Assembly: GCA_963799845.1 (NCBI GenBank) | Contig: CAWCYI010000006.1 | Coordinates: 1,504,001-1,568,000, forward strand | Source: an uncultured Nitrososphaerota archaeon | GTDB lineage: Archaea; Thermoproteota; Nitrososphaeria; Nitrososphaerales; CADDZS01 | Length of the DNA: 64,000 nt | Reading direction: 5' to 3' | In this document: piece after piece, positions 49,630-61,039 of the stretch | Layout: every line of letters begins with the position of its first letter | Numbering within the stretch: position 1 is the stretch's first letter | Made by a program: the position numbers and the translations under genes | The notes under the pieces: model-generated | What the model was told of the DNA's origin: nothing | The model's input: only the letters and a program-made list of their open reading frames with translations | Databases searched by the model: none

Positions 49630-51008
49630 GTGCAAAGGATTGGGCACACCACTAGATTAGTGGTGATAGTTACTTTGATTTTGATGTTCGTCGTTCCATC
49701 GCTAATGGCGTTCTCGATAACACCTGTAGCCAGCTTCGCGTATTCGCCAGCTACGGCTTCGCAGTCTGAATCAGTTACCAATGGTACCAGTTCTTCAGGG
49801 CACGGCGCGCACCCACAATCGCATCCGATGATCCGTGTATCGCAATCAACCGGAGAATCATCAAACTGGGCTGGATACGTCGTAGCTACAAGTCTATCTT
49901 CGCCCCAGCCGGGCGTGACAGCCGTGTACGGTACCTGGGTTGTTCAAACCGTTACAAAAAGCAATCCGACAACTTACTCTTCGCAGTGGATCGGAATCGG
50001 GGGAGCCTTTGACAGCACTCTGGTTCAAACCGGCACGGAATCTGATGCGACTTCAACTACTACTTCTTACAATGCTTGGTACGAGATCCTTCCTAATTCG
50101 GAGACTTCGCTGTTCACGGTTTCATCCGGCGATGTTATGACGGCAAGCGTAGTCTGTACCAGTTCTCCCTGTAGCACATCCTCATCTCATCATCAATCAA
50201 AACAATCATGGACGATAACGATAACAGACCTTACCTCCGCCAAGTCCTCCGTCATCAAACTGAGCTACGCTTCGAGTCTAAAATCGGCGGAGTGGATTGA
50301 GGAAAGACCGACGGTGGGAGGCCGAGCTGAGCACGCTCGCGAACTTTGGAACTGCGGACTATGGTTTGTTCTATGCCCCGAGTGCAAGAACCAGTGATCT
50401 TGCGAGAATCGCCGGGTCGACCGGACCAATCGGCTCTTTTCAATGGGATGCAATCACGATGGTTGGAAGCAGCGGGACGCTAGCGTCTCCTCAGCCGCTT
50501 TACACTGACAAAGCAAGTTTTCAAGTACCTGTACGAAGGCCCGAGCACCACACCGGTTACACCATCGTACTACTTCTCACCGACTAGCGCAGACACAACT
50601 TGGATCTCGGGCTGTGCGTCCTCCCCATCAAGTACGTATGGAGTGTTTAACCCATGCACTGATGCAGGCTCGGGAGATAACCAGGTCGTGGGTCAACTGC
50701 TCACTGCTCCGAGCTACAGCAGTTCCACTATAGTCATCTCCGGCTCGACATCCTCTGATCCCTATACGCGCGATCTGTACGTCTCGGTGCAGAGTCCAAC
50801 GGGATGGGTCTCTCTTACACCATCGGCAATAGTGGTTAGCGGAAGCTTCAGCGAAGACCTCACTGTGCCCGCAGGAGCTCTTCCGACGACGACTTGCGCG
50901 GTTGGTTCAACCAGCTGTTCGTACGTCGTGGAGTTCGAGTTGACAACCTTCGTTACGTCGACATTGCACGATTCGTGGAGCGTCGTTCTCGGAATTGCCG
51001 GATCCTAG
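49630..51008 (+). pseudogene. Secreted G1 (A4) glutamic peptidase with C-terminal beta domain, split by two frameshifts (about 50320 and 50530)
   Basis: Signal peptide, SSNWAGY, WIGIGG, VQTGT, AWYE, SAEWIEERP; frames rejoin via LSTLANFG and YEGPSTTPV. Confidence 0.8.
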
Positions 51009-51014
51009 TTTGGA

Positions 51015-51330
51015 TTAAGAGACTGGCGGGCTAGCATTCGGACGTATCAAATTTTTTTGATGCGAATAAAGCTCACCTAGATCAAGAATTTCAATGGCGA
51101 CTATGCCGCTATTATCACGATGTACTACTACGAGACCATCATCGGTGAGCTCCCCTTCGGTGTGGAACGCCTCCTTGAAGCGAATGTAGAGGTCTCCTTC
51201 TTTGACATCATAATCTGCCATGACAACCTTCGATGGAATAGAAAGATGATACTTTCGGGCAACCTTTCTTATTATTTCTCTCAGATCTACGTCTAAGAGA
51301 GTTCTAGCCTTTTGAATCTCCGATACCTCC
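51015..51330 (-). CDS. DUF2283 domain protein (start uncertain)
   Basis: DYDVKEGDLYIRF...GIVAIEILD; AGGAGG at about 51326-51331 but no canonical start codon follows. Confidence 0.65.
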
Positions 51331-51342
51331 TTATGTGACTTA

Positions 51343-52078
51343 TCAGCCAAGACTCGCACCGCAATTAGGGCAGAACTTGGTCGCAGGGTCGTCAATCCTG
51401 ATCCCACACTGCGGACAGTATCGAGCGGTCGCCTGGGTTGTTGACGAAGGAGGATTTACAGGAACAGCTGAAGCTGGAGGAGTACTCTTGGACCAGCCAA
51501 CAAATTGGTGCCCGCTGCGATGTCTCTTTTCAAAGCCGTCCTGAGTCCAGAAACCTAACACTCCCATCAGGATGGAAATAACTAGAGCAACCAAGATGGG
51601 AAAATGGAAGAATGCGAGCGCGCGGAAAAGGAGCAAACTCCCGAATACCACGGTTGCAAGAGATAGCAACTTCATCGAGAGGACAACTCCGAGGATGAAG
51701 AATACAACACCAACGATTACAGAGACAGTGTAAACGTGGACAAATGTTTGAGCTGAGATCGTATGCTACGAGACCGCTGGCCACCCCGATTGCGAGCGGG
51801 AGAAGAACGAAGCTCAGGAAACCGCCGACGAGAAAACCGATTGCCCCGCCGATAACGAAGCCGACGATTCCCAGAATTGCGGCGCCGACAGAAGCTGCAG
51901 CCGCGGCAAACACTACCCCGACTCCGAAAAATGCGACCACCCTGATCACAAAGCGCCCGGCAAAAATCAGAGCCAGGGCCACCACGAGCACGACCAAGGC
52001 AGAACTGACCGAGGCTATCCTTGGGATAATAGTGATGATCGCTAAAGCTGCGATTTCTTCCAAATTCTGCGGAATCAA
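51343..52078 (-). pseudogene. DUF4203-like membrane protein with C-terminal Zn ribbon, frameshift near 51745
   Basis: Hydrophobic ORFs 51530-52078 and 51343-51675 are contiguous; YCPQCG...FCPNCG. Confidence 0.65.
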
Positions 52079-52333
52079 TTACCCTCAGAATTAACGTTAG
52101 CGATCCGAAGTATTTTTCATTTTATCCCAATCGGGCATCGAATTGGATTCTGTTAAGTTAGAGTACATACTAAAGGGAATATGACCCCTTCTAAAGGCAT
52201 GAAAATTCGAGATAAACAATGGAGCGTTCCTCTTCGTTTCCATGTTCAAAGTGTACAGACGAATCACTCTTGACGAAGTAAGAGCCATACGAGACGAGAT
52301 CGAAAAGAGAGTTATTGAGCCTTCCAAACAGAA

Positions 52334-52996
52334 CTAAATTTTCTTGACGGCTTTGATATGCGAGCTATAGTACGGGAAGGGGTACTCCCCGATATTTGTC
52401 GTTGAGACATGATCGATAGAGACATTTTGAAACCCGGCCGCTTCAAGCAAACTAGCATATTCAGAGTCTGTTAATGCTCCAGCAATGCAAGCTGACCACG
52501 AATCCATATCCTTTAGAGCTTCTTCGGGAATCTCTTTCGGCAGAGTTACATCTGCTACCGCAAATGTACCGTTTTTCTTCAGTACTCGATATGATTCTCT
52601 AAAAACTTGAAGTTTATCCGGGGATAGGTTGATCACGCAATTTGAAATTACATAATCAATAGAGCTTGAGGCAACTGGTAGATGTTCGATTTCTCCTAAT
52701 CTGAACTCTGCATTTCGGTACTTATCTCCGTACTTTCTAGCAGTATCTCTAGCTCTCCAAATCATTTCCGCGGTTGCATCAATCCCGATAGCCTTTCCGC
52801 TTTCGCCTATGATTTGTGAAGCTCGGAAAACATCGATACCGCCGCCGCTTCCGAGATCAATAACCGAATCGCCTTCCTTCAAAGTCACAAGCTGAAGAGG
52901 AGAACCACAACCGGCATTAATGGAGCTAGCCTCAACCGGGATTTCTTCTCCGATCTGGAGTTCGTGAAGTTCATCAGATGGCGTATTCAGAGCCAC
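52334..52996 (-). CDS. arsM: Arsenite methyltransferase-like SAM-dependent enzyme, N-terminus short or truncated
   Basis: GCGSP, DLGSGGGIDVF, FRLGEIEHLP, ISNCVINLSPDK, WSACIAGAL. Confidence 0.85.
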   Translation of the reverse strand: MALNTPSDELHELQIGEEIPVEASSINAGCGSPLQLVTLKEGDSVIDLGSGGGIDVFRASQIIGESGKAIGIDATAEMIWRARDTARKYGDKYRNAEFRLGEIEHLPVASSSIDYVISNCVINLSPDKLQVFRESYRVLKKNGTFAVADVTLPKEIPEEALKDMDSWSACIAGALTDSEYASLLEAAGFQNVSIDHVSTTNIGEYPFPYYSSHIKAVKKI

Positions 52997-53731
52997 GTGG
53001 TTTATCGCCGAAATAATGTCCTCTCCCAGAATATCCGAGCGATAGGCTCACAAGGGGCATATCAAATACAGGGCAAGCGACTTTTTCGGGGTTCGAAATC
53101 TAGTCTATTTTTATGATCCGGAACGCAAGGAATTAATCGAAAAGCGTCTGGGGAGCCGGTTCCTCTCAAGAAATCCTATTCCTTCAAGAGCGAAAAGAAT
53201 AGCTTTTACAAAACTCTTACACAATCATTCTCTTCATTGGAAAGAGTGCGGGCATGCTAACGCACGCGAAGGCAATGTAAGACCAAGAAAGCAATGTCCA
53301 ATCTGCAAAGGTTTTGTCCATTCTAACGATTGTCCTAAGAAACAAAAACGTAGGCAGAAACTCCTAACTCCAGAAATTCTAGAAAGGTTCCGGCAACTTA
53401 CAGATGCCAGATCCTAATTTTTGACGGGATCAGTAACCCCAATTTGAAACTTTCAGAGATTGTGATCCGATAGGCTATTGTTTTGGCTTTGTTCATCGTC
53501 TGTTTTTCCCCGTATTAACTGGGAGACCGAAAGAAAGTTAAGATATCATTTCAGGAAGAAAGACAGTCCAATTCTCAAAGGACTTCTGATTCAAAGGGAC
53601 AGAGAAATATTTGTCGAGTTTTTTTTCTAGAGATGAAGAAGTCGTAAAACGGGAGATAAAGGAAAAACTTCTGAGTGGCTGGCTAATCGTTAGTGGTAAC
53701 GATGAGCTGAATTGAGCTGTTTGAAAAAACT

Positions 53732-54037
53732 GTGTATCCTCCGGACACGCCCAAGAACAGTGATTTTGTTCTATATTTAGGAGAGACTTTTTCGAAGAAA
53801 AAACCTAGAATCGGTTACCTCTACCTTGAAAGGAAGAACGAAGATCTTTTTTCCTTTCTGAAACGATTAGATGTGACTTTAACTGATGAACAGGAGCGAG
53901 TTATTGAAATTCACCTAATACCTGCAGAACTTGAGTTTGCAGACATGGCGGTCGTAATTGATTACATCCAGGAGCCTACGACCACACAGTGTGATGTTGA
54001 GGCCGTGATGGATAGATTCCTCAGTAGCGGAAATTAA
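53732..54037 (+). CDS. Hypothetical protein
   Basis: 101-aa acidic ORF; no family recognised. Confidence 0.45.
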   Translation: MYPPDTPKNSDFVLYLGETFSKKKPRIGYLYLERKNEDLFSFLKRLDVTLTDEQERVIEIHLIPAELEFADMAVVIDYIQEPTTTQCDVEAVMDRFLSSGN

Positions 54038-54062
54038 GCTAAATTGAATTATTTCTGATTCT

Positions 54063-54575
54063 TCAAATCTTGTGGTGAATCCATCTGCTTGTGTGAAACG
54101 TTGAGTCGTTGACCCAGTCAGGCCAGCCGCCCCCAAGCGTCGGTGAGAAGGCTTCTCTGTGTTGATCTACAATCAGATGGAAAAGTTGGCGGATATTTGG
54201 GGTAAAACCCGGCCAGGTCTTCTTTAGACTCCCACTCTGCGAGATAACGTTGCTAATTCCGAACAACTGGACGAGAGCTATCTGACTAGGCATCTCGGAA
54301 TCGCGAGTTTCCAGATTATGATTTAGACGCAGATAGGCGCTCACAGCATAAGTTACAGCAGCTTTAATCGTAGCTTTGTTCTTACTTGCGAACATAATTG
54401 GATCAGAAAGGTATAACCGAGCCAGGACTTTCAGAATTGATTTTGCATTGCTTTCGCTGAAACCAAATCGTATGAGCTCTGAGAAAAATATCTCGGGCTC
54501 AATCCGCCAGCACAAGAGAATTTCTTCTTTGGTGAGCCCCAACGGTTCCGACGGTATGTCCGCCAAAAGAATCAC
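54063..54575 (-). CDS. Hypothetical protein with a possible TFIIB/cyclin-like repeat
   Basis: SKNKATIKAAVTYAV...SQIALVQLFGIS resembles the TFB repeat consensus. Confidence 0.4.
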   Translation of the reverse strand: MILLADIPSEPLGLTKEEILLCWRIEPEIFFSELIRFGFSESNAKSILKVLARLYLSDPIMFASKNKATIKAAVTYAVSAYLRLNHNLETRDSEMPSQIALVQLFGISNVISQSGSLKKTWPGFTPNIRQLFHLIVDQHREAFSPTLGGGWPDWVNDSTFHTSRWIHHKI

Positions 54576-54712
54576 CTATGAGATGATGACTACGCGAAAA
54601 GATTGTGCAATCCCAATTCCTAAACCGAAATTCACTTGATTTTCTGCATTCGATAATGTGGGCCCTTTGGGAGACTTCAATAATTCACAATGAGAGGAAC
54701 GATTCTCTCGTC

Positions 54713-55348
54713 TTATTTTCTTGGACTTCTTTCGCCTGTTACAATGTAGACCACAGATTCGCCTATGTATGCACAATGATCTGATATTCTTTCGAGATAT
54801 CTCATAATTAAAATGGTGGAAACCGCGCACTTGATATCTGGATTTGATTGTTTTATCGCACTCGAGACACTCGCTCGATACTTCTCATCTACGTAATCAT
54901 CCATCTTCGCAATACTTTTCGCAAGATCGACGTCCTTCTTTGTAAAGGCATCAATGCTCATACGAATCATCTCCTCTGTCGTCTTTGATGTCAATTCTAC
55001 AATTGTGTGATCACAGTTTGGAACATTTCCAACAGTCTCGAGCACCTCAGCAATATCGAGGGCGTAACGCCCTAATCGCGAAAAACCGTACGAGATCTCC
55101 AAGCAGGATTGGATGAATCGAAGATCCGACGCGACCGGTTGATAGCGTGCGATTATTTCTGTTCCAAGTTCGTCCACGTCATCTTCGCGAGCTCTGAGCT
55201 CGTCTGACCACGCGCGAATCTCCGGTAGGACGCTCCTTCCATTTTCGTACGCCTCAATGGATGTCGAGACTGATTTTTCAGAGAGCTCGGCCATGCTGAG
55301 CAAGGTATCGTTAAGTCGCTCTAGCCCTACATCCATCAGCCTTGGCAA
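54713..55348 (-). CDS. phoU: Phosphate uptake regulator PhoU
   Basis: ARYQPVASDLR, DDYVD, RYLERISDH. Confidence 0.93.
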   Translation of the reverse strand: MPRLMDVGLERLNDTLLSMAELSEKSVSTSIEAYENGRSVLPEIRAWSDELRAREDDVDELGTEIIARYQPVASDLRFIQSCLEISYGFSRLGRYALDIAEVLETVGNVPNCDHTIVELTSKTTEEMIRMSIDAFTKKDVDLAKSIAKMDDYVDEKYRASVSSAIKQSNPDIKCAVSTILIMRYLERISDHCAYIGESVVYIVTGERSPRK

Positions 55349-55403
55349 ATCGGCTATCTATGACTCCTTTGTCTAGTCGAAGTCGGATTATATCGCGATG
55401 TCC

Positions 55404-56237
55404 TTATCCGAATTTACCGGTAATGTACCGCTCAGTCAATTCATTCTTGGGATTTTCGAACATTACGTGAGTATCATCGAATTCGATAAGATCTCCGAGG
55501 TACATGAAGGCTGTATAGTCAGCGACCCTCGCCGCTTGCTGCATGTTGTGAGTCACGATAACAATCGTGTATTCGTTTTCGAGCTGGACCATCATTTCTT
55601 CTATCTTCTGGGTTGCGTTCGGATCAAGCGCGGAGCATGGCTCGTCCATCAATATGATTTCGGGTTCTACTGCGAGTGCTCTGGCGATGCACAATCTCTG
55701 TTGCTGACCTCCGGAGAGCCGGGCACCCGACTCTTTCATCCTGTCCTTCACTTCTTCCCATAGAAATGAGAGTTTGAGGGACCTTTCAACCGCTTCGTTG
55801 AGACGCTTTCGATCTCGAACTCCATTTAGTTTGAGTCCTGCCGCCACATTGTCGTAGATCGACATCGTTGGAAATGGATTTGCCTTTTGAAAAACCATGC
55901 CGATTCTCTGCCTAACTCTGACGGCATCCATATATGACGCGTAGATGTTCTCGCCGTCCAGAAGAATCTCGCCTTCGACCCGAGCTGTGGGTGTAAGTTC
56001 ATGCATCCTGTTCATGCACCGCAAAAGTGTAGATTTTCCGCAGCCGGAGGGACCGATGATTGCAGTGATTTTTCTTTCTGGGATCTTGACGTTGATGCCT
56101 TTCAAGGCTTCTGTTTTGCTAAAGAATGCCTTGAGACTTCTGACTTCCAATTTGGGCTGTCCGCTTGCCGGAGGCATTTCTCTCTTGATTTCCTCGGCAC
56201 CTTGCATTTGGCCCAACTCCGTCACGATCATCGACAT
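55404..56237 (-). CDS. pstB: Phosphate ABC transporter ATPase
   Basis: [40 protein letters not shown]. Confidence 0.97.
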   Translation of the reverse strand: MSMIVTELGQMQGAEEIKREMPPASGQPKLEVRSLKAFFSKTEALKGINVKIPERKITAIIGPSGCGKSTLLRCMNRMHELTPTARVEGEILLDGENIYASYMDAVRVRQRIGMVFQKANPFPTMSIYDNVAAGLKLNGVRDRKRLNEAVERSLKLSFLWEEVKDRMKESGARLSGGQQQRLCIARALAVEPEIILMDEPCSALDPNATQKIEEMMVQLENEYTIVIVTHNMQQAARVADYTAFMYLGDLIEFDDTHVMFENPKNELTERYITGKFG

Positions 56238-56240
56238 ATC

Positions 56241-57104
56241 TTACTCAACTACTGTAATGAATTTACCTCTTGTTAGGGCCTTTACTGAAAGATTCAAGGC
56301 CAGCACTACCAAGATTAGAACTAGAGATGCACCCCAGGCCTTGTCCTGCCAATCTCTGAACGGGGATATCCCGTAAGTGTAAATCAGAAGAGGGAGCGCG
56401 GCAGTGGGTTGCAATAGACCAGTCAGCGCAAGCGTGCTTCCGAGAGCTGTAAGCAATAGTGGAGCAGTTTCCCCCGCAGCTCTTGCAACGGACAACAAAA
56501 CTCCCGTAATTAGGCCACCGCGGCCTGTGCTCAATACAACCCGTGTAATGGTCCTCCAACGCGAAACTCCCAAAGCCATGGAAGCCTCCCGCAGTGATCT
56601 TGGGACAAGCTTCAACGACTCCTCGGTCGTCCTGGCAATAATTGGAATCATGATGATTGCGAGAGCAAAACCGCCCGCAAGAGCCGAAAAAGTATGAGTA
56701 GTGAGAACGATTATCACGTATACGAATATTCCGATTACGATCGATGGGAATTCGGCCAAAACGTCGTTCGTGAAACTTGCAAATACTGCGAATCTCATTT
56801 CTGCCCATTCAGAAAGAAAAATGCCTGCTCCTATTCCAATGGGAAGCGAGATCAAAGAAGCGAAAGCAACCATCACGAAGCTGCCTTCGATCGCGTTTAC
56901 TACTCCCCCTCCTGCAACGTTGACGGGAGTCGGTAGCTTGGTAAGAAATGTCAGATTTATTTCTGGCGCGCCCTTGATTATGACATCAGCCAGAATAAAG
57001 AAGAGAGGGATTATTGCGACAACTACAGCTGCAAAGATAGCGCCGATTGCTATGCGGTTTATGATCTTTCTCACCGCTACGTTTGATTTTTGTTTTGTTT
57101 CCAT
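56241..57104 (-). CDS. pstA: Phosphate ABC transporter permease
   Basis: PSIVIGIF, LREASMALG, ARAAGETAPL. Confidence 0.95.
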   Translation of the reverse strand: METKQKSNVAVRKIINRIAIGAIFAAVVVAIIPLFFILADVIIKGAPEINLTFLTKLPTPVNVAGGGVVNAIEGSFVMVAFASLISLPIGIGAGIFLSEWAEMRFAVFASFTNDVLAEFPSIVIGIFVYVIIVLTTHTFSALAGGFALAIIMIPIIARTTEESLKLVPRSLREASMALGVSRWRTITRVVLSTGRGGLITGVLLSVARAAGETAPLLLTALGSTLALTGLLQPTAALPLLIYTYGISPFRDWQDKAWGASLVLILVVLALNLSVKALTRGKFITVVE

Positions 57105-57115
57105 TTTCTCCCCGT

Positions 57116-58085
57116 CTAAGTCCTAACCTTGCTGAATCTGGTGATACGCCAGACCAGAAACCTTGCAAAAACATTGATGACGAGCGCGAGAAGGAATAGA
57201 GTCAAGCCGATTTCAATCAGAGATGAAATGTAAATCGGAGAAGCAGACTTCTGTAAACTCGTTCGCAATTACACTAGCCAAAGTATATCCAGGATGTAAA
57301 AGAGAGGCCGTAATGCTTGGGATATTTCCGATCACCATCGTGACGGCCATTGTTTCACCTACGGCGCGGCCAAGTCCGAGGATTATCGCGCCAAATAGAC
57401 CAGATCTGGCGTATGGAAGAACGCTATGCCTTACTGTTTCCCACCTCGTCGCTCCGAGTCCGATCATCACTTCTCTCTGACTACTGGGCACTGCCCTCAA
57501 CACTTCTCTGGAGATAGCAGAGACGGTCGGAATTATCATGATCGAGAGAATAATTCCTGCAGTCAAGAAATCCAATCCGAATGGAGTTCCCTTGAAGACT
57601 GGAAGGAAACCGAGGTATTGGTGGAGTGGCTTTTCGATGTAATCCCGTACAATCGGGCTTAGGATGAAAAGTGCCCACAAACCGTAAACGACGCTCGGAA
57701 CTGCGGCTAGCAACTCGACGATTGAACCCAAGAAATCAGCGGCCCTCCTTCTCTCCCTCATGATCTCTGACAGGAAAAGCGCGACACCCAAGCTAATTGG
57801 AACGCCAATAATTAGGGCAATTACCGATGTTAAGATAGTCCCGTAGACGAAGGGGAGCGCCCCGAACACACTTGTGACTGGATTCCAGACGGTACTAGTG
57901 AAAAAACCGAGTCCAAATTTCGAAAGGGATTGGCTCGATCCCTGTATGAGTTCTACTGCAAGAGCCGCCAAGAGGACTACGATGGCAATAGCTGCCGCCA
58001 TTACGAGGCCCTTGAAGATGCCGTCGCCGAGTTTTAAGCGAGTCCGGGGTTGTTTCTCCTTTACGGCTTCAGGCAGCTGTGCCAT
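57116..58085 (-). CDS. pstC: Phosphate ABC transporter permease with apparent 1-nt frameshift near 57250
   Basis: ELLAAVPSVVYG, GRAVGETMAV, IANEFTE; last TM (SSLIEIGLTLFLLALVINVFAR) is in another frame ending at 57116. Confidence 0.9.
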
Positions 58086-58167
58086 AAAGAATCATATTCG
58101 CTCCAAGATTACAATAAAAGAAAAGAGTGGAGGTAAAGCTCCTCCAGATTTCTATTCTGTCGAGTCT

Positions 58168-59418
58168 CTACATCGGTGGAGTGGTGAATGCCTGTCCGTT
58201 GTAGTTCATTGAACTGATTGTTGCATCGTCGATAGTAACAACCGAGGCTGGCAAGGGGATATAGCCGAGACCGCCGGCAGCGACATTGTTAGTATTGACT
58301 ATCCACCACAGAAAGTTGACGAGCGCCTGTCCTGTTACTTGATTTGTCTGTCCGCGGTAGACCATGATGTATGTGAATGTGGTAATTGGATACGCATTTG
58401 TTGCAGTCGTGTTGCTGAAAATTGTATCAACTATTGAGACGTTCGTCCAGCTCTGATTCCCGGCTGGGAGTTTCTCTGATGCTGCTGCTGCAACCGCGGC
58501 TGCTGCTGTCGTCGAATTCGCAAGTATGAAATTGCCCGCCGCATTTTGGACTTCACCATAGGTAAGCTTGTCAGAAGTAGCGTACGCAGATTCCATGTAT
58601 CCTAGAGAGTATTTGTTACCCTGGATAACCCCACTGACTCCTTCGCTTCCCTTCGCACCAATACTAGATGCTACAGGCGGCCAACTGACTGAGGTGGCCT
58701 TACCAACTGTCGTGTTCCATACTGAACTGGCGTGGGACAGATAATCGGTCCAGACAAAAGTCGTTCCGCTGCCATCAGATCTGTGGACAACAAAGATCGT
58801 GTTGTTTGGCAGATTGACTCCCGGGTTCAATTGTACAAGCGCAGGATCATTCCAGGTTGTGATCTTTCCAAGATAAATGTCAGCGAGAACCGTTCCGTTG
58901 AATTTCAGTCCGGTTGCTATTCCGGGTAGATTGTAAGCAGGGACCACGGCTCCGGCAATCTCTGGTATCTGCAGTATGCCTTGTGAAGAGAGATTGCCAT
59001 ATTGAGCTGCACTCAGTGGCGCGTCGCTTGCACCAAAGTTCACTGTTTTTGCCGTGATCTGGGCAATTCCCGCTCCGCTGCCAACGCTTGCGTAATTAAT
59101 GCGAACATTTGGATTCAGAATCGTGTAGTTATACGTCCAACTAGACATTAGCGGAAATACCAAGGTCGAGCCTGCCCCGTTGAGAGTAACGGAAGGCCCA
59201 GCCGACGAAGCGACGGTGGCTGTGGATGTCGTACCGGTGGTAACTACAGATGTAACATTGGTTGAAAAAGTCGAAGTAACTGTCTTAGTTCCGCCTGACA
59301 CTGCAACATAGGCACCTACTATAATGATTAGGATCACGATAACGACTACTGCAACTAGTACCGTGGTTGCAAGAGCGCTACGTTTACCGAATTTTTTCCC
59401 TGAAAGAGATCTAGTCAT
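58168..59418 (-). CDS. pstS: Phosphate-binding protein
   Basis: GAGSTLVFP, GSGAG, FGASDAPL, VHRSDGSGTT, YPITTFTY. Confidence 0.96.
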   Translation of the reverse strand: MTRSLSGKKFGKRSALATTVLVAVVVIVILIIIVGAYVAVSGGTKTVTSTFSTNVTSVVTTGTTSTATVASSAGPSVTLNGAGSTLVFPLMSSWTYNYTILNPNVRINYASVGSGAGIAQITAKTVNFGASDAPLSAAQYGNLSSQGILQIPEIAGAVVPAYNLPGIATGLKFNGTVLADIYLGKITTWNDPALVQLNPGVNLPNNTIFVVHRSDGSGTTFVWTDYLSHASSVWNTTVGKATSVSWPPVASSIGAKGSEGVSGVIQGNKYSLGYMESAYATSDKLTYGEVQNAAGNFILANSTTAAAAVAAAASEKLPAGNQSWTNVSIVDTIFSNTTATNAYPITTFTYIMVYRGQTNQVTGQALVNFLWWIVNTNNVAAGGLGYIPLPASVVTIDDATISSMNYNGQAFTTPPM

Positions 59419-59728
59419 TTATGACACAGGAAAACGGGATTTTATTCGGGAAATATGTATGATGAAAATAGAATAATTGGACTATATTGGTTAACGTATA
59501 CTATATAGTAGGCACGACCCTCGCTTGATCAGGACATGAAAATCTTGTTGGCCTGACGAACATTTCAGAGATCAAAGAAACTATTATTCCTGAACATTCC
59601 TGAACATTCATCCACGACGTTTCAGATAAACGACCTCTTATTGTCACGTACAGATCCAATCAACATAAACGTCATTAGCGACGGCCGTATACACGTTCAA
59701 GCTTACAAAGGTTGGGAACTCATTCCGC

Positions 59729-59983
59729 GTGACCATACCAAGACCTGCGTGTGACGGGCTTGGATGGAAACTGGGCAACAAGTTACTTCTTACTGTGGGA
59801 GAACATTCTATCACAATTACAAAAGCACCTACCCGCCATGCGAAGCCGATTTCCAAATCTCTCAGTGGTCCATACATCATTTCCAGTGATCGACAAACTG
59901 AAGAACGACTTCGGACTTGGAAGTTTGAATCAGTCAATAGTAAGAGGAAGGGCGCCGCCCCAAAATTACAAAGGATAATTTAA
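59729..59983 (+). CDS. AbrB/MazE-like DNA-binding protein (true start unclear)
   Basis: In-frame upstream FKLTKVGNSFR joins VTIPRPACDGLGWKLGNKL. Confidence 0.6.
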   Translation: MTIPRPACDGLGWKLGNKLLLTVGEHSITITKAPTRHAKPISKSLSGPYIISSDRQTEERLRTWKFESVNSKRKGAAPKLQRII

Positions 59984-60143
59984 TCTTCCCCAACTGACTT
60001 TCGTTCTCTGGATCGTGCAAATACAATATAAAAGTAGTCAGATCCTATAGGAGAATCTATTGAAATTCTCATCATATTGCACTTCTCGATCTAAAGAAAA
60101 CGGATTGTTGATGGAACCAAATCGCTCACAATTCAAATGAAAA

Positions 60144-60497
60144 TTACCACCTGATGAAGAGGCCGCGGTGACGAAGTTCGCTGTCGATTTCGTCTTTCCT
60201 AGATTTCAAGTGTTTGGCAAAATCAAGCAAATTATTATCGGGCCACTGTCGAAGCTCCTTTGGGGTCAACAACCGATTATAAATTGGATCTGAGGAAATT
60301 GAATTGTTTAGGAAATCGTCAATCTTTCGAATCCCAAATGTTTCGATCTTTCCAGTGACATAAACTTTTAGGGCATCCCTTATCACCGCCGTCAGATTAC
60401 TACCCTCATTCTTGGCGATCAAAATAGCTGCATCAAGAGTACCTTTATCAGATTCCCTGAAAGTTTGAGGATGAACGTATCTTGGTTTTAGAGTCAT
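60144..60497 (-). CDS. RHH/CopG-like protein; intact paralog of 754-1115
   Basis: MTLKPRYVHPQTFRESDKGTLDAAILIAKNEG...LTAVIRDALKVY...RGLFIRW; GGTGGGA upstream. Confidence 0.75.
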   Translation of the reverse strand: MTLKPRYVHPQTFRESDKGTLDAAILIAKNEGSNLTAVIRDALKVYVTGKIETFGIRKIDDFLNNSISSDPIYNRLLTPKELRQWPDNNLLDFAKHLKSRKDEIDSELRHRGLFIRW

Positions 60498-61039
60498 GAC
60501 TTCCCACCTAATGCAGTCACGTACGACGTGCATGCAGTACATACAATTCACTGACATGAATGGTAATTTTTTTTTCAATCCAATGCACCTTTCTTTAGGT
60601 TCATCGATTATCGAGCTCGATAATCACGGCATCATGCATCGAGTAACGCGGTCTCCAATTTTCTTTCTCCCTCAGGGCTCTTGCCAAACCTAATGGGGTG
60701 CTTGTCGGAGCCTTGGATGTTATTCTTCGTACGGTTTTCTTCCCCTTACGCGATTTATCGTCCATGCGGGTTGTCACCCCATTCATGTTTGCCCCTCTTT
60801 GGATCTCGGTTTTCAAAAGTTCTTTCATTTTCAGATTTCAGGGGACTCGCCAGGCTCTTACCGAGCCATTAGCCTTGTCGTCTGATCAATCAGACCTAGC
60901 CTGCAAAATTGTTGTCCTGGGAGTTATTCCAGAGGTACTATCAAAATTAAGTCAATAACTGCGCTCCTCTATTCCCTAACGAAAGACGCGACAGTTGCAC
61001 CAACCAACTCGAAAGCCTGCAATAGGCTCCGAAAAGAGG

